A DNA stretch of 64,000 nt, from contig OX597840.1 of the NCBI GenBank assembly GCA_951406725.2, positions 38,130,001 through 38,194,000 of the forward strand. Reading direction: 5' to 3'. Source of the DNA: Octopus vulgaris (taxonomy: Eukaryota). Each line of letters begins with the position of its first letter. Positions within the stretch are counted from its first letter, which is position 1. The translations under genes and the position numbers were made by a program. Positions 1 through 13,549 of the stretch are shown in pieces. The notes under the pieces are model-generated. The model had not been told where the DNA came from and made no database searches. It saw nothing but the letters and a program-made list of their open reading frames with translations.

Positions 1-598
1 CCGAACACCTTTAGACGTGTTAAATATGATTTTAAATCAAATACTTTATTCTAGCTCGAAGACGTTGTTCGTACACCATCTATTATTCTGTGCGCTCGTT
101 GATAAAACTGATTTTGCTCTTAGTGGGTTGTGAGAGAAAAGCTTGGTTTTCGTAGCCGCTCAAGAAAAATAAATTCGACAAAAATGTGTTCTGGATGAAA
201 TGACATCATCCAGAAATCAAAACAATGCGTTCCAACAAAGACAAATGTGCTTTAAAAACGTGACAGGAATAAATACTTAAAAGGTGCCTCGAAATCGGGC
301 ATCGAGAGTTTCGTGCGTTGGCAATGATCGAACAGTTCAGGTTTGCATGAAAAGAATACTACATCCAGGTTTGTACGCCCCCAACGGAGCCCGTCTCCTT
401 CAGGCTCTGGAATGGGGTTCCAGCGCAATTCCAATGTAATATGATATAATGTACATAAGCAAACTATTTATCTTCAGAAATTATATACAGTAATATATAT
501 ATGTGCGTGTATGCGTGTATGTGTGTGTGTGTGTGTGTGTTATAATTTAGAAGAAACAGTAAGTTGTCATTATAGTGCTCGGATTTCATATATATATG

Positions 599-631
<33 letters not shown>

Positions 632-664
632 GTACATAGATGCAAATACGTGTACATAATACGA

Positions 665-698
<34 letters not shown>

Positions 699-1125
699 TA
701 TGTATATATATATATGTATAAATATATATATATATATATATATATAATTATGTATATATACACATATACAAACAAGTACATACACAGAATTGAACCCACC
801 CACACACAGATTAAATTTACATCATACATATTTATGATAGCTATACCATAAATGTAAGACAAGATTCTATGAATTAGAAACCAATGCTTTCCATAACAGA
901 TTTCCTGAATTCTCTCTCTAAAAATAACATAATCAAATAAATTTCTGTATAAAATTTCCAACTTCAGCGGATATTCAAATAGCACGTTCCGAAATCAGAT
1001 TCTTCAAATTTGGTTTTCTAAGATTTCTATTTTGCATTTTGTTTTACCCCTGTACTTTCGTTATTCTATGAATTTTCAGGCGTTAGCAGGGAATCGTCGA
1101 TGAATAAATCTATACCTATATATCA

Positions 1126-1196
<71 letters not shown>

Positions 1197-1276
1197 CCAT
1201 CGCTATATCTCTCTCTCAATTTCTGTCTGTCTATCTATCTATCTATCTATCTACCTACCTACCTACCTACCTATCA

Positions 1277-1322
<46 letters not shown>

Positions 1323-1956
1323 ATTATATATTCATACACACATATACCTCCTTATGTAAATGTATATGTATGTATTTATATATGTATATCTGTATATTTA
1401 TACGTACCCGTGCTTACACTTGCACTCGTGTTGTGTATATGTATGTGTTTTCCGTATATTTGGCCATATATTTATTCCAAGAAAATCAAGTTGGGAATCA
1501 CTGTAAGAGTGGGCCATTCTTCACTCTACGATTCTTGTAATCGATTCTTTTTGGAAGATACGTCGTATTCATCTCTCTGTATCTGAACATATGTCATATG
1601 GCCGTCTATCTCTGTATCGGTTTTATACGCGCATGTGTATACTCCTCTGTGATAATTTGAAGATATCTGCATGATTCAAAGTCTTCAATGACAAAGTGCG
1701 GTAAAGGTTAGAACAGATTTGCAGCCCCATTGTTTGACTACCACTAGCAAGAGGAGGACTTGATAAATGTTAAACTACGAAATCGGGTGATACTGCAAAC
1801 TGCATTTAAAGTATGGCCTCCAGTTACCTTTATTACTTCTACAGATCTGCTGGATCTAAGTGTTTGCCTAGATATCTTCTGCAATATATAGTCACAACAA
1901 ATACCTAGGTACATACATATATTTGCTATCTGCGGTCGGCTTCCTATATTTCGCCA

Positions 1957-2138
1957 CAAGGCCCGCAGTTCCGTGCCAGTTGGTAGTCGATTACATCGAT
2001 TCCAGTATTAAAATGGTATTTATTTTATTAACTCCGAAAAGATAAAAGGCAAAATCGACCTTCCAAATATTTGATCGTAGAATGTAGAGTGAGAGAAAAT
2101 GCCGCTCAGCGTTTTGTCGGTTTTACTAACCATTCTGT
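1957..2138 (-). mobile_element. Degenerate tRNA-derived SINE, family A
   Basis: Diverged reverse copy (tagtcgattacatcgattccagta...ctccgaaaagataaaaggcaaaatcgacc) of the family seen intact at 12087-12314. Confidence 0.6.
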
Positions 2139-2874
2139 TGACTCAATAATACATTATACAAACTAAAATAGCGATGCAAAAATTTTATTCCGCAGAAACG
2201 ATGCGGATTTTGCAGTTTGAAGCTACCATTTACTCTGCCGTTAATCTCTACCGAAGTGATAATAGCACCGAAAATGATCGCATTGATGTTTTTGTCAGGC
2301 AACTCAGGAAAAATGTATTTGGACAAGAATTTCTATGGTTTTAATTGAGCGCAAGCTTTGTTATATTTCGGAATGGTCATTTTGCAAATTTAGCCAATAA
2401 AAACACACGCACTGTATATTTGGTGTTATTTTGCTTCAGTGTTATTTATTTTTTACTCTTAATCTTACTTCGGCCAGAGTTCTTTCGTCACACTCCTTTG
2501 TGTTTAATAAGAATAGAAGTTTATATGAAATATCTCATCCACATTGTCAAAATGTGCATCGTTATGTCAATTTAGTTATTATCGAAATTTCTTACATATA
2601 TATTGTATTATTAATTCATTTTTCTCAGAAAAATCAGCATATGACATTGGACGAAACTTTGTGTATTGATCTCTTTCAAATGCTGCAGAGAAATTATCGT
2701 ATAAGTAATTTTTTGCTCTTCATTGGAAGAATAAAAAGTGCTTAGTAAATGTCTTCTAATACAAGCACAAGTCCATTCGTCGACAACAAATGCATAAAAA
2801 ATTATTGATTTTGTGAATTTTTCAAAAAAGTCCGTCTTCTCTACCCCACCCTGTATTCATAGCTAGGTAGGTAG

Positions 2875-2881
2875 CTAGATG

Positions 2882-2964
<83 letters not shown>

Positions 2965-2973
2965 GGATAGATG

Positions 2974-3032
<59 letters not shown>

Positions 3033-3087
3033 TGATTGATTGATAGATAGATAGATATATAGATAGATAGACAGATACATACATACC

Positions 3088-3125
<38 letters not shown>
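2875..3125. repeat. (GATA)n then (TA)n microsatellite
   Basis: Direct inspection; source of the spurious LSIY ORFs. Confidence 0.97.
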
Positions 3126-3128
<3 letters not shown>

Positions 3129-3504
3129 TCACATACATATATGCATACACAGAAGCACACAAACACATTTACACATATAATCTCAATACGAAATATATAG
3201 TTTTATGTAATTTTATTGTGCAAATATTATCAGATATAACATTCAATACGTAGTGTAGACTGTAGAGTATTTTTCTCAGAAGATGTCTGATGTGTGTCCT
3301 AGACCTACACGAAATTGATATGAAAGCTTCTGTATTTAAAAAACAACGCACACAAATGCAAACACACACACACTTGCACGCACACAGTCAATCACAACTA
3401 TCACACACACACACACACACACTATCACAAATCAGTTAGTAACCAGGAGACACAAATGTCAAGAAGAAATTGGCAAAACCTGGACTGCTTCAGCAGAAAT
3501 GATT

Positions 3505-4480
3505 TTATGAACTTCTCTTCCACTTCGTTACAATACTTGTGGCAGGCTGTATAATTCTTGACAGAGCTGCATGCAATTGGCCATGTTTAAATAGATCAGT
3601 TGGAGAGGACAGACCTATTTTATTCAATGCCACAAACGGTGATTTATTGACGGTTATTGCAAAAGTCACCCATACTGGTATCTGCAATCGCATAAATCTG
3701 AAATCAACAGAGTGGTGTCACGAGGTCTCTGCATAATTCCTGGCACAATGACATGTTTTCTATACAGCTCACCTCCTGTAACGTTGTGCCCTGTAATCAA
3801 GCGTTCATGTAAATGGCTTATTCGAAATCTTGCTCCATTACGAAATCCGTAAGCCTTATTTAAATTTTGCAGCAGTATGACAGCAGTTGCCATTTTCAAG
3901 TTCAAAATAGCGTGTGCGTAATCCAACAGTTACCTCCGTTTAGTACCCTATTGGATAATCGATCATATCTCCTTCATCGTCGCAGCAATCAATGATTATG
4001 TAAGTGACTATTTCTCCATCAAATATGATGGTAATTTACTGAATAATACAATTTATTCATCCAACGACAGTATTGTTAGAGCCTGGAATTGCTCTGTTAG
4101 TAAATGTTTGCCGAATCAAATGCGCTGTCAGAGACATGATTTATCATTTCCACATTAAGTTGATACTATCCGGAAACAATTCCGAACCTCACTCATACCA
4201 ACAACTTCAGTCGTTTCCTCCTTTCTTTATCTGGAAGCAGAAAATTTGGTCAGTTACGGTACACTCCATTCTGTTATTGTAGCATTCAGTCGTTTCACAT
4301 TCTTCCGAAATGAAGAATGCTTCCTAAATAATATATCGATAGCAGTTTTGCTTGCTTTTCACGTCTAGGAAAGGGTTTGGCAAAAGTTGCTGACACCTTC
4401 GAATTTTTGCAAATGAACACGAAGTGTGTGATCAGGTTCTTTTATTTCAACAAATGAAAACACGGGAATTTAGTGAATAT
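3505..4480 (-). mobile_element. Decayed Helitron Rep/Hel fragment (PIF1-family helicase C-terminal half), frameshifted
   Basis: Minus-strand translations RLQIPVWVTFAITVNKSPFVALNKIGLSSPTDLFKHGQLHAALSR (PIF1 motifs V/VI, cf. RLQFP..LAFAMTINKSQGQTL..VG....VFSHGQLYVALSR) and HAILNLKMATAVILLQNLNKAYGFRNGARF...KHVIVPGI (cf. LKVGAPIMLLRNL...GLCNGTRL...VFIPRI). Further upstream are NRAIPGSNNTVV (cf. RAILAP.N..V) and NFCQTL (cf. GDFRQ.LP). Many stops and frameshifts. Confidence 0.85.
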
Positions 4481-4787
4481 CTGCAGTTAGTTCCACGTAG
4501 GTCAACTTTAACTTTTGTTCGTTCGTAGTCGAAAAAATGACTAACAGTTAGATACTGGGCTCGAACTCATCACTTCACTCGCTCCTCCGAAGCTGCTGTC
4601 CATGAACAAAAATTTGAAACCAATCCTTAAATTAGTAAAAATATGTTCTTCAGACAGAATCTGTATCAACAGAACATAGAAAAGATGGTAGTTGTACAAT
4701 CACTTTTGATTCGACAGAAGTGGCTGCATAACCTGTAGATGCCAAATTAGCGTGTATATGGTCCCAATAATTAACAGCTATTCGTAA

Positions 4788-4920
4788 GGTGGTGAGCTGG
4801 CAGAAACGTTAGCACGCCGGACGAAATGCTTAACGCTATTTCACCTGACGCTACGTTCTGAGTTCAAATGGCTTTGTTGGCAATAAAGAAATAAGAAACG
4901 TTAGCACGCTGCGATGAAAT
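4788..4920 (+). mobile_element. SINE family A, internally deleted
   Basis: Head ggtgagctggcagaaacgttagcacgccgg...gttctgagttcaaat joined to tail ggcaataaagaaata. Confidence 0.8.
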
Positions 4921-5339
4921 TATTTTTGCAAGAATTTGGTTAGTAATTGCTAGTGTTAAATTTTGAACTTTTCTTATTGGTCTACGTTCTGTTTTAACAG
5001 ACGTAGTGGACTGTTGTTCCCCTCCGTATGGAGGGGAAAATAATTTTTGAGATAATTTTTGGAAAAAATATTTTGGAAAATATTTATTTTTGTGAAACAT
5101 TACCCCACCCCACCACTATGTATACATATATATGTGCATGTGTATGTACGCACACATAATACATGCCTCTATTTAGTGAAAGCGAGTGGCTTATCCGTTA
5201 CGAAATTCGGGTCGAGAGTTCGATTCACGGCGCTTTAATAAACAACGATTCGTACACGACGTTGCAATGTTCACTATGTACTACTCCAGCTCACAAAACT
5301 TCAATGTGGTACATACACACACACACACACTCACACATG

Positions 5340-5372
<33 letters not shown>

Positions 5373-5389
5373 AACACACATACACACAA

Positions 5390-5430
<41 letters not shown>

Positions 5431-5477
5431 CATGTATATAAATATGATTTATTTAAAAGCAGCAGAAATATAACAAA

Positions 5478-5519
5478 AGCAGTTACTCAGAGTTTCACGT
5501 TTCAGCTCGTCAGACAGTT
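5478..5519 (-). ncRNA. Minimal type-I hammerhead ribozyme-like motif (inverted partner)
   Basis: Reverse strand AACTGT-CTGACGA-GC TGAAAC GT-GAA-ACTC T GAGT-A-ACTGCT: canonical core intact, stem I 3' strand mutated. Confidence 0.65.
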
Positions 5520-5531
5520 TTATTAAACTAG

Positions 5532-5573
5532 AACTATCCGACGAACGGGAACGCGAAACTCTGAGTAACAGTT
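5532..5573 (+). ncRNA. Minimal type-I hammerhead ribozyme-like motif (slightly decayed)
   Basis: AACTAT-CCGACGA-ACG GGAA CGC-GAA-ACTC T GAGT-A-ACAGTT: stem I, core (U4>C), stem II with GGAA loop, near-palindromic stem III, GUA cleavage triplet. Confidence 0.7.
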
Positions 5574-5673
5574 TTTGTGATATTTCTGCTGCTTTTAAAT
5601 GAAGCATATTACTCTACCTCTGGTATTTGAGTACTCTTTTTTCCACCTTGTTTCACATCTATGTGCTTACTCC

Positions 5674-5719
<46 letters not shown>

Positions 5720-6512
5720 CACATGCAAATACATACATAGGCAGGCTTAACACCCCTCCCTCCATGTCATGCAGAACATTAAAATTTGAAAGAACGTTAG
5801 TGTCGAACACAAGGCAATTAAACATGAAAATGAAAAGCATGTGAACACAATAATATTATTCGCAATGCCTTGAAATGCAGATTTTCTTTTTCTCATAAGC
5901 TATATTAAGTATCATATCTCTATACACATGTGCACAGGTTATTAATGCAGATTATACACTCTTAACAGTGTTGCAGTGTTATTTATTAAATGACTACTCC
6001 GTAGGCCTTCAATTTCCTTTCAAAATAGAAATTCAAAAACAACATACCATTCATAAGTTCATTCCGCAGTACGCGTATTGTTTTCTCAGCGCCGTATACA
6101 ATTATACGTCTCTATTAGATCTGCACAGGTATTTTTTTTAAAGCATTTAACATTTTACCTAATACATGTGCGTAATAATATGTCATTCGGGTAGTATTAT
6201 TGTTGTTGCCGTTCTTCCTTGTTGTTTTCGTTGTTCTTTAAATTTATTTTTATTCTCTGTTTAATAACTCATTTCGCGTTATGTTTGTTTCAACGTTCTT
6301 CATTGAAAGATTTCCATTTGTAAAAACACATAATAGATTTTAAATGGATTTCTACAACAAAAACGAACAAACACACTAACACACATGCACACAACACAGG
6401 CTTCCATACACACACGAGAAACACAAATATATACGTATGCATGTGTGTGTGGGACTTATGATAAGTAATAGGGATCAATAAATCCAGGCAAATATATATA
6501 AAGCACGCCAAA

Positions 6513-6614
<102 letters not shown>

Positions 6615-6739
6615 CATATATATATTAATGCGTACATATGCTCGTTTAAATGTCTAAATATATATATATATACTTACCTATGTATTAGTATGTGTGCTTG
6701 TTCGTGCGTGTGCGTATGTATGTGTATGTGTCTATGCGA

Positions 6740-6893
6740 GTGTGTCTGATAAGATGTTTGCTTGCCGGCCACATGGTTTCGGGTTCAGTCCCACTGTCTG
6801 GCAATTTAGGCAAGTGTCTTCAACTATGGCCTCGCGTGGACCAAAACCTTATATGTACATTTGCTAGACGGAAATCAAAAGAAGCATGTCATA
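6740..6893 (+). mobile_element. SINE family B (CORE-like), 5' part
   Basis: ccacatggtttcgggttcagtcccactg...ggcaagtgtcttc...gacggaaatcaaaagaagc matches 39309-39753. Confidence 0.75.
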
Positions 6894-6899
6894 TATAAC

Positions 6900-6962
<63 letters not shown>

Positions 6963-7050
6963 GTATATGTATACAGGTAGCTATGTTTATGTATATGCAT
7001 GCGTGTGTGTGTGTTTTTATGTCTATATAAATATATACATATATATATGT

Positions 7051-7350
7051 ATATAACTCCTCCGAGGCTACCCAACGGATTTTGATGAAACTTGACACGT
7101 GCCGGGGCAGATGCCCATGCGGTCACTTACGCACTTAGAATTTTAAAAAAAAATAATTCGATTATTTTTAATCAGCATCGTTTTGGCAAACATCAGTAGG
7201 ACATTTCAATGCAAATTCTCGTATGAAAATTATTTTCTGCCATAAGTTTAATGTTTTCAATTAATTTTCTTGAAGTTTTATACACAAATGGAATATGCCC
7301 CAGCAAATGGCGGTGCCCCAGCATAGCCACAGATCGTGAGCTGAAACTAG
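7051..7350 (+). mobile_element. Possible non-autonomous Helitron-like fragment
   Basis: ataactcctcc...acggattttgatgaaacttgacac following (TA)n resembles common Helitron-N interiors; ends unclear. Confidence 0.35.
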
Positions 7351-7829
7351 ATACAATAAATAAATAAAATAAATAAAATGCCCCAAAGATGGGTTGAGAC
7401 TAATAAAGACTAAAAAAGACAATGGTGAAGAGGCACAAGGAAAAATTATAATCATATTCAGGTATAAACCTTTCACGGTGCTGTATAAAACAGGTCCAGA
7501 TATACGCAGCCATTTGCATAGTGTTGTTTTATGTGTATTGTGCCCTCTCAGATTATAATTGCAATACGAATCACCTGAGGAGAAGCAATTTTCACAAAAG
7601 GCAAAGACAGGTGAAGGAACAACAAACTGGTGCATTAATTTAACGCTCTTTAACAGAAAGGATTTGGAGCGAAAAGAAGGGGGAGATAACGAAAAAACAC
7701 ACTGAGATCAATTATGTAGGGGCTAAGAGTTCAGCACGATGAAAAGGATGAGAGAGAGAGGCAGATACTCTGGCAGACAGTCAATCAGAAAGAAAAAAAC
7801 AAGGATAGATAAAAACAGACAGACAGAAA

Positions 7830-8391
<562 letters not shown>

Positions 8392-8960
8392 GCGTACGTT
8401 AAATTTTATGAGAAAAGCTATGCAGGGACAGTAATTCAATTCTTAAAACTGCGCGTCTTACAAATGTCAAACTCACTAATGCACAACAACAGTAGCTTTC
8501 TACTCACTTATTTTCCCCCATAAAACCTGTTTGCTATGAACATTGATATTTACAGCTGATGCTATTGCTCTGATAAAATTTAACAAAACTACATTAACCT
8601 AATTCTGTATGTTGGCAATTTAAAAGACTACGATGTATGTTTTTTTTGAAAAATTGTTCAAGACTATATGAAATGATTTTTATCAACGGGAATTATATTA
8701 TTATGATAACAGTAAAGCTATATACGTATATCGAATATGTAGCTTATTGCTAATGTCGGTTTGTTTATCTCATTTCGAGGATATTTCTTTAATTACATGT
8801 ATTCACACTCACCGTCCTTCTTTCGCCTCCTCTCTCTCTCTCTCTCTCTTTCTCAATTACACACACACACACATAAAGAGAAACTAATCTGCATGTATGT
8901 ATTTTCTTTAGGTATACATGTATATATTTATGCGTGTGCGTACGCTCCTTTGTGTATACA

Positions 8961-9011
<51 letters not shown>

Positions 9012-9041
9012 GTGTGTGTGTGTGTGTGTGTATGGAGTGGG

Positions 9042-9470
9042 GGAAGGCGCATGGATCAGTGGTTAGAGTGTCGAGCTTACGATCGTGAGGTTGTGAGTTC
9101 GATTCACGGACCGAGCTGCGTGCTTTTAAAGCGATGCATAACTTTGCGGAAACCATGGTACGCTTTATTTTCTGACTTTATAATCATCTTATAATCACCT
9201 CGTAATACTGTTAGAGTGTCGAGCTTACGACCGTGAGATTATGAGTTCGATTCCGGGACCACGCTGCATGTTGTGTTCTTGAGCAAAACACTTTATTTTA
9301 CGTTGTTCCAGTTAACTCAGCCGTAGAAATGAGTTGCGACGTCACAGGTGCCAAGCTGTATCGCCCCTTTGCCATTCCTTTGGGTAACATCAATGGTGTA
9401 TAGAGGGGAGGCTGGTATGCTTGGGAGACTATTGGCCTTCCACAAACAACCTTGTCCGGGCTTGTCCCAT
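9042..9470 (+). mobile_element. tRNA-derived CORE-like SINE family D (head fragment 9042-9122 plus longer copy 9210-9470)
   Basis: A-box/B-box-like head (tcagtggttagagtg...gagttcgattc) followed by gttgtgttcttgagcaaaacacttta, resembling the CORE domain. Confidence 0.7.
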
Positions 9471-9684
9471 ATTTAATATTTGGGACAAAATAATAATTAT
9501 TAAAACTTTTGTATGAGATTAATTGGTTCCTAAAAATATGAATAACCTTCGTATTAAGCCCTAATGTGAGAGTCTTTATGAGAATGTTTAATCAACCAGA
9601 AAGGACCATTGTAATGATGGAACAGAACTCAGACACTATAGCTGACTCTGCTCTATGGCAACGAATTATTAGTTGAGGCCAAAT

Positions 9685-9938
9685 CACGGTACATGAAATT
9701 AACGTGAAAGAGGCTGGGCACTCAACAGGCACTTGTACTCATAACATACTTATCAAGGAGATTCAACATGACACAGAGTGTGACGAGGCTTTCCCTTTGT
9801 AATACATATACCACTCATTTTTGCCGTTTGAGTAGACTAAAGAAACTTGAAAGAACAGACGCTACGGACCACTGGGAATCGAACACACAAACATGCGATC
9901 GTAAGACGAATGCCTTCACCACTAAGCTACGTGCCTTC
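9685..9938 (-). mobile_element. Old SINE with family-D head and family-C-type tail
   Basis: Reverse strand head gaaggcacgtagcttagtggtgaaggc...gttcgattcccag; tail gtcacactctgtgtcatgttgaatctcc...cacgttaatttca matches the tail of 44147-44473. Confidence 0.6.
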
Positions 9939-9948
9939 TGACTATATA

Positions 9949-10363
9949 TATTTCTTTACTACCCAGAAGCGGCTAAACACAGAGAGGACAAACAAGGGCA
10001 GACAAACGGATTAAGTCGATTACATCGACCAAAGTGCGTAACTGGTACTTAATTTATCGACCCCGCAAAGATGAAAGCCAAAGTCGACCTCGGTGGAATT
10101 TGAACTCAGAATGTAGCGGCAGGCGAAATATCTATTTCTTTACTACCCATCAGGGGCTAAACACAGAGAGGACAAACAAGGGCAGACAAATGGATTAAGT
10201 CGATTACATCAACCCCAGTGCGTAAATGGTACTTAATTTATCGACCCCGCAAGGATGAAAGCCAAAGTCGACCTGGGCGCAATTTGAACTCAGAACGTAA
10301 CGGCAAACGAAATACCGCTAAGCATTTCGCCCGGCGTGCGAACGTTCCTGCCACCTCGCCGCC
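9949..10363 (-). mobile_element. SINE family A tandem dimer with 15-bp TSD
   Basis: Two head-to-tail copies; flanks ccttctgactatata (9934-9948) and ccttccgactatata (10364-10378). Confidence 0.9.
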
Positions 10364-10397
10364 TCCTTCCGACTATATAATGTATAACTACATTTAG

Positions 10398-10442
<45 letters not shown>

Positions 10443-10450
<8 letters not shown>

Positions 10451-10675
10451 TAGAAGGGCAGGCAACAGGTTGCTTTGCCGCATACCGAAAGAATTTGAAA
10501 TAGCAGTCAGAGACTGTTTATTCTACAAGTGGGGCTCCATATACCCTGTATTGCAGGGTTGTGTCGTATACGGAGCCCCACTTGTAGAAAATGGAAATAT
10601 GCAGTCTCTGACTGCTATTTCTAATTCTTTCAGTATGCGGCAAAGCAACCTGTTGCCTGCCCTTCTACTTATATA
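10443..10675. repeat. Long inverted repeat / fold-back element (~100-bp arms)
   Basis: Arms 10443-10544 and 10566-10675 are reverse complements with about 3 substitutions and one internal loop; abuts (TA)n. Confidence 0.92.
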
Positions 10676-10796
10676 CTATATATATACTGAACTCCACAGA
10701 AGTTCCCACCGCTAAAGGTCATGTTTACGTACCGAAATCTACCGGTAAATAATTGTCGGTTGTCTGAAAAGCCATCGAAAAAAATTATTTACCCTT

Positions 10797-10843
<47 letters not shown>

Positions 10844-11089
10844 GCATACTACATAGAGTACGTAGATATTAAAAAGTATAATTCAAAATAATAAGAGCTA
10901 AATACATCTTAGCCATATGTAACATAAAATAAATATGTTTTAATACGAATATTAAGTTTATTACGTATACTTAAAAATATTTCGAATTTTAGAATTATGA
11001 TTTAATAAAATGCTGTTATGCACTCCGTAAAATGAAATACTTGTAGACAATAGCATTTTCTTCCGCACCAATTTGCAATTTCATGATAT

Positions 11090-11442
<353 letters not shown>

Positions 11443-11689
11443 GCCTGTCCATGAATTACATGAATTTCATTTTTCTTTCCTTTTCTCAAGAAACTGCACT
11501 TTGTTGAAGCGAATGTTATTCAACAGTTTGAAGCTAATGAAATAAAATAGCCGAGAAAGCAATTTTCGTTTTACGTAAGATAGTGAAATTACTTTATTGT
11601 GCCTTATAATAATTATTCATTTGAGTTATGATGTTTCAAATTTTAGGAAAACGTACTTGGAAAGAAATCGATATATAATATGTTAAAGG

Positions 11690-11900
11690 AAAAGCTTTTA
11701 TTTTACCTTTGACGTAAGTGTATTTAAACGAATGGGTTGTGACCATGTTGGGGCATCTTCTTGCTAGGGGGTTTTGTGGAATGAATCGAAGCCTGGGGTT
11801 ATCGCTTAAGTTAGTCTCTTTTTGGCGAAGCACAATGTTACAGAAATACACATAATCCAACACCAGTTGTTAAGCCGTGGTAGGGTCAACGCAAAGAGAA
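11690..11900 (-). mobile_element. SINE family B 3' part, degenerate
   Basis: gaccatgttggggcatc...tctctttttggcgaa...aacaccagttgttaagc is the reverse of the family-B tail. Confidence 0.55.
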
Positions 11901-12086
11901 AAACACGCACAAACATACACAAACACACACACGCACAAACATATACATACACACATTGACACGCACTCTCACACATTTACTTATACACAGACACGCACTC
12001 AAACACACTCACACAGACATGCACACACGCACACTCACACACATGCACACGTACACACACATATATAGGTCGGTGGTATGCCATTG

Positions 12087-12314
12087 GGGGCGAGCTGGCA
12101 GAAACGTTAGCACGCCGGGCGAAATGCTTAGCGGTATTTCGTCTGCGTTACGTTCTGAGTTCAAATTCCGCCGAGGTCAACTTTGCCTTTCATCCTTTCG
12201 GGGTCGATAAATTAAGTACCAGTTACGCACTGGGTCATTGTAATCGACTTAATACCTATGTCTGTCCTTGTTTGTCCCCTCTGTGTTTAGCCCCTTGTGG
12301 GCAATAAAGAAATA
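12087..12314 (+). mobile_element. SINE family A, full length, 12-bp TSD
   Basis: tRNA-like head (gagctggcagaaacgttagc...gagttcaaattcc), central gcctttcatcctttcggggtcgataaattaagtaccag, tail gcaataaagaaata; TSD ggtatgccattg at 12075-12086 and 12315-12326. Confidence 0.93.
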
Positions 12315-12480
12315 GGTATGCCATTGTGTGCATATATATGCACGTATATATTTATCTCTCTTTCTATATATATATACACACCTTTGCGTGACACCTTTGG
12401 CAGGCATCTTCAGCTATAACCGCTTCGCAACCAAAGACTTGTTCAAGGATTTCGAAGACGGAAAGGGAACCACGACCGAA

Positions 12481-12530
<50 letters not shown>

Positions 12531-12849
12531 TTAGAGATAGAACCACTATTAGGCAGATCAAACAGTGAAAAAGATAAACGAAAACATAGAAATAAAATTA
12601 ATTAATATAATAAAATATAAAATTCAAGATTTCAATTATTGAATTTACATTTTATCTCTAATTTAATTTATATTTATACCGTAAACTTAGATTTAGTCCT
12701 AAATCTAATTTTAGCCTGTAAGTTTAGAATAACTCCCTAATATTATTATTATTATAATTTATATATATATATATATATGTATGTACGTATATCTATATAT
12801 ATATATATATATATGTGTGTGTATGGGTGCATGTGTGTGTGTCTTTATC

Positions 12850-13025
12850 TGTCTGCCGTTACGTTCTGGGTTCAAATTCCGCCGAGGTTGACTTTGCCTT
12901 TCATCCTTTCGGGGTCGATAAATTAAGTACCAGTTACGCACTGGGGCCGATGGAATCGACTTAATTGCTTTGTCTGTCCTTGTTTGTCCCCTCTGTGTTT
13001 AGCCACTTGTGGGTAGTAAAGAAAC
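12850..13025 (+). mobile_element. SINE family A, 5'-truncated
   Basis: Matches body and tail of 12087-12314. Confidence 0.88.
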
Positions 13026-13415
13026 ATATCTTTGTGTTCATTCTCCACTACCGCCTGTCATCCGGCGTTGATTGATTACATTCCCGATATTTAGCGACTC
13101 GGCAAAAACAAAAAGGAAAGGTGACTGAATGATTTTAAGAAATATGTAATCGAGTCGAATCCGTCAACTGAAAGTATTTAAGGAGACGCTCCAATATGGC
13201 CGCACTCCAATGACTGAAACAAAAAAAGATAAAAGAGTAAAGACAGAAGGCATGCATACAAACATTCATGTATAATAACATGTATATATATACATATATA
13301 TGTATGTGTATATATATATGTGTGTGTGTGTATATATATGTGTGTGCGTATATATTTGTGTGTATATATATGTATATATGTACATATATATATGTATATA
13401 TGTACATATATATAT

Positions 13416-13452
<37 letters not shown>

Positions 13453-13549
13453 TAAATATATACATGTATATATATGCACACACTTACAGGTGTACATATA
13501 ACTATCTACGTGTGTATATGTGTGCACACACACATGCATATATGTTGTT

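Larger units (their letters stand above)
5451..5600. repeat. Inverted repeat (arms 5451-5519 / 5532-5600) of a Penelope-like pseudo-LTR fragment
   Basis: atttaaaagcagcagaaatat...gttactcagagtttc... is the reverse complement, with several mismatches, of ...gaaactctgagtaacag...atatttctgctgcttttaaat. Confidence 0.9.

Noticed and set aside
300-410. Minus-strand CTGAAGG...CGAAAC
   Set aside because: No valid NUH site or stem I.
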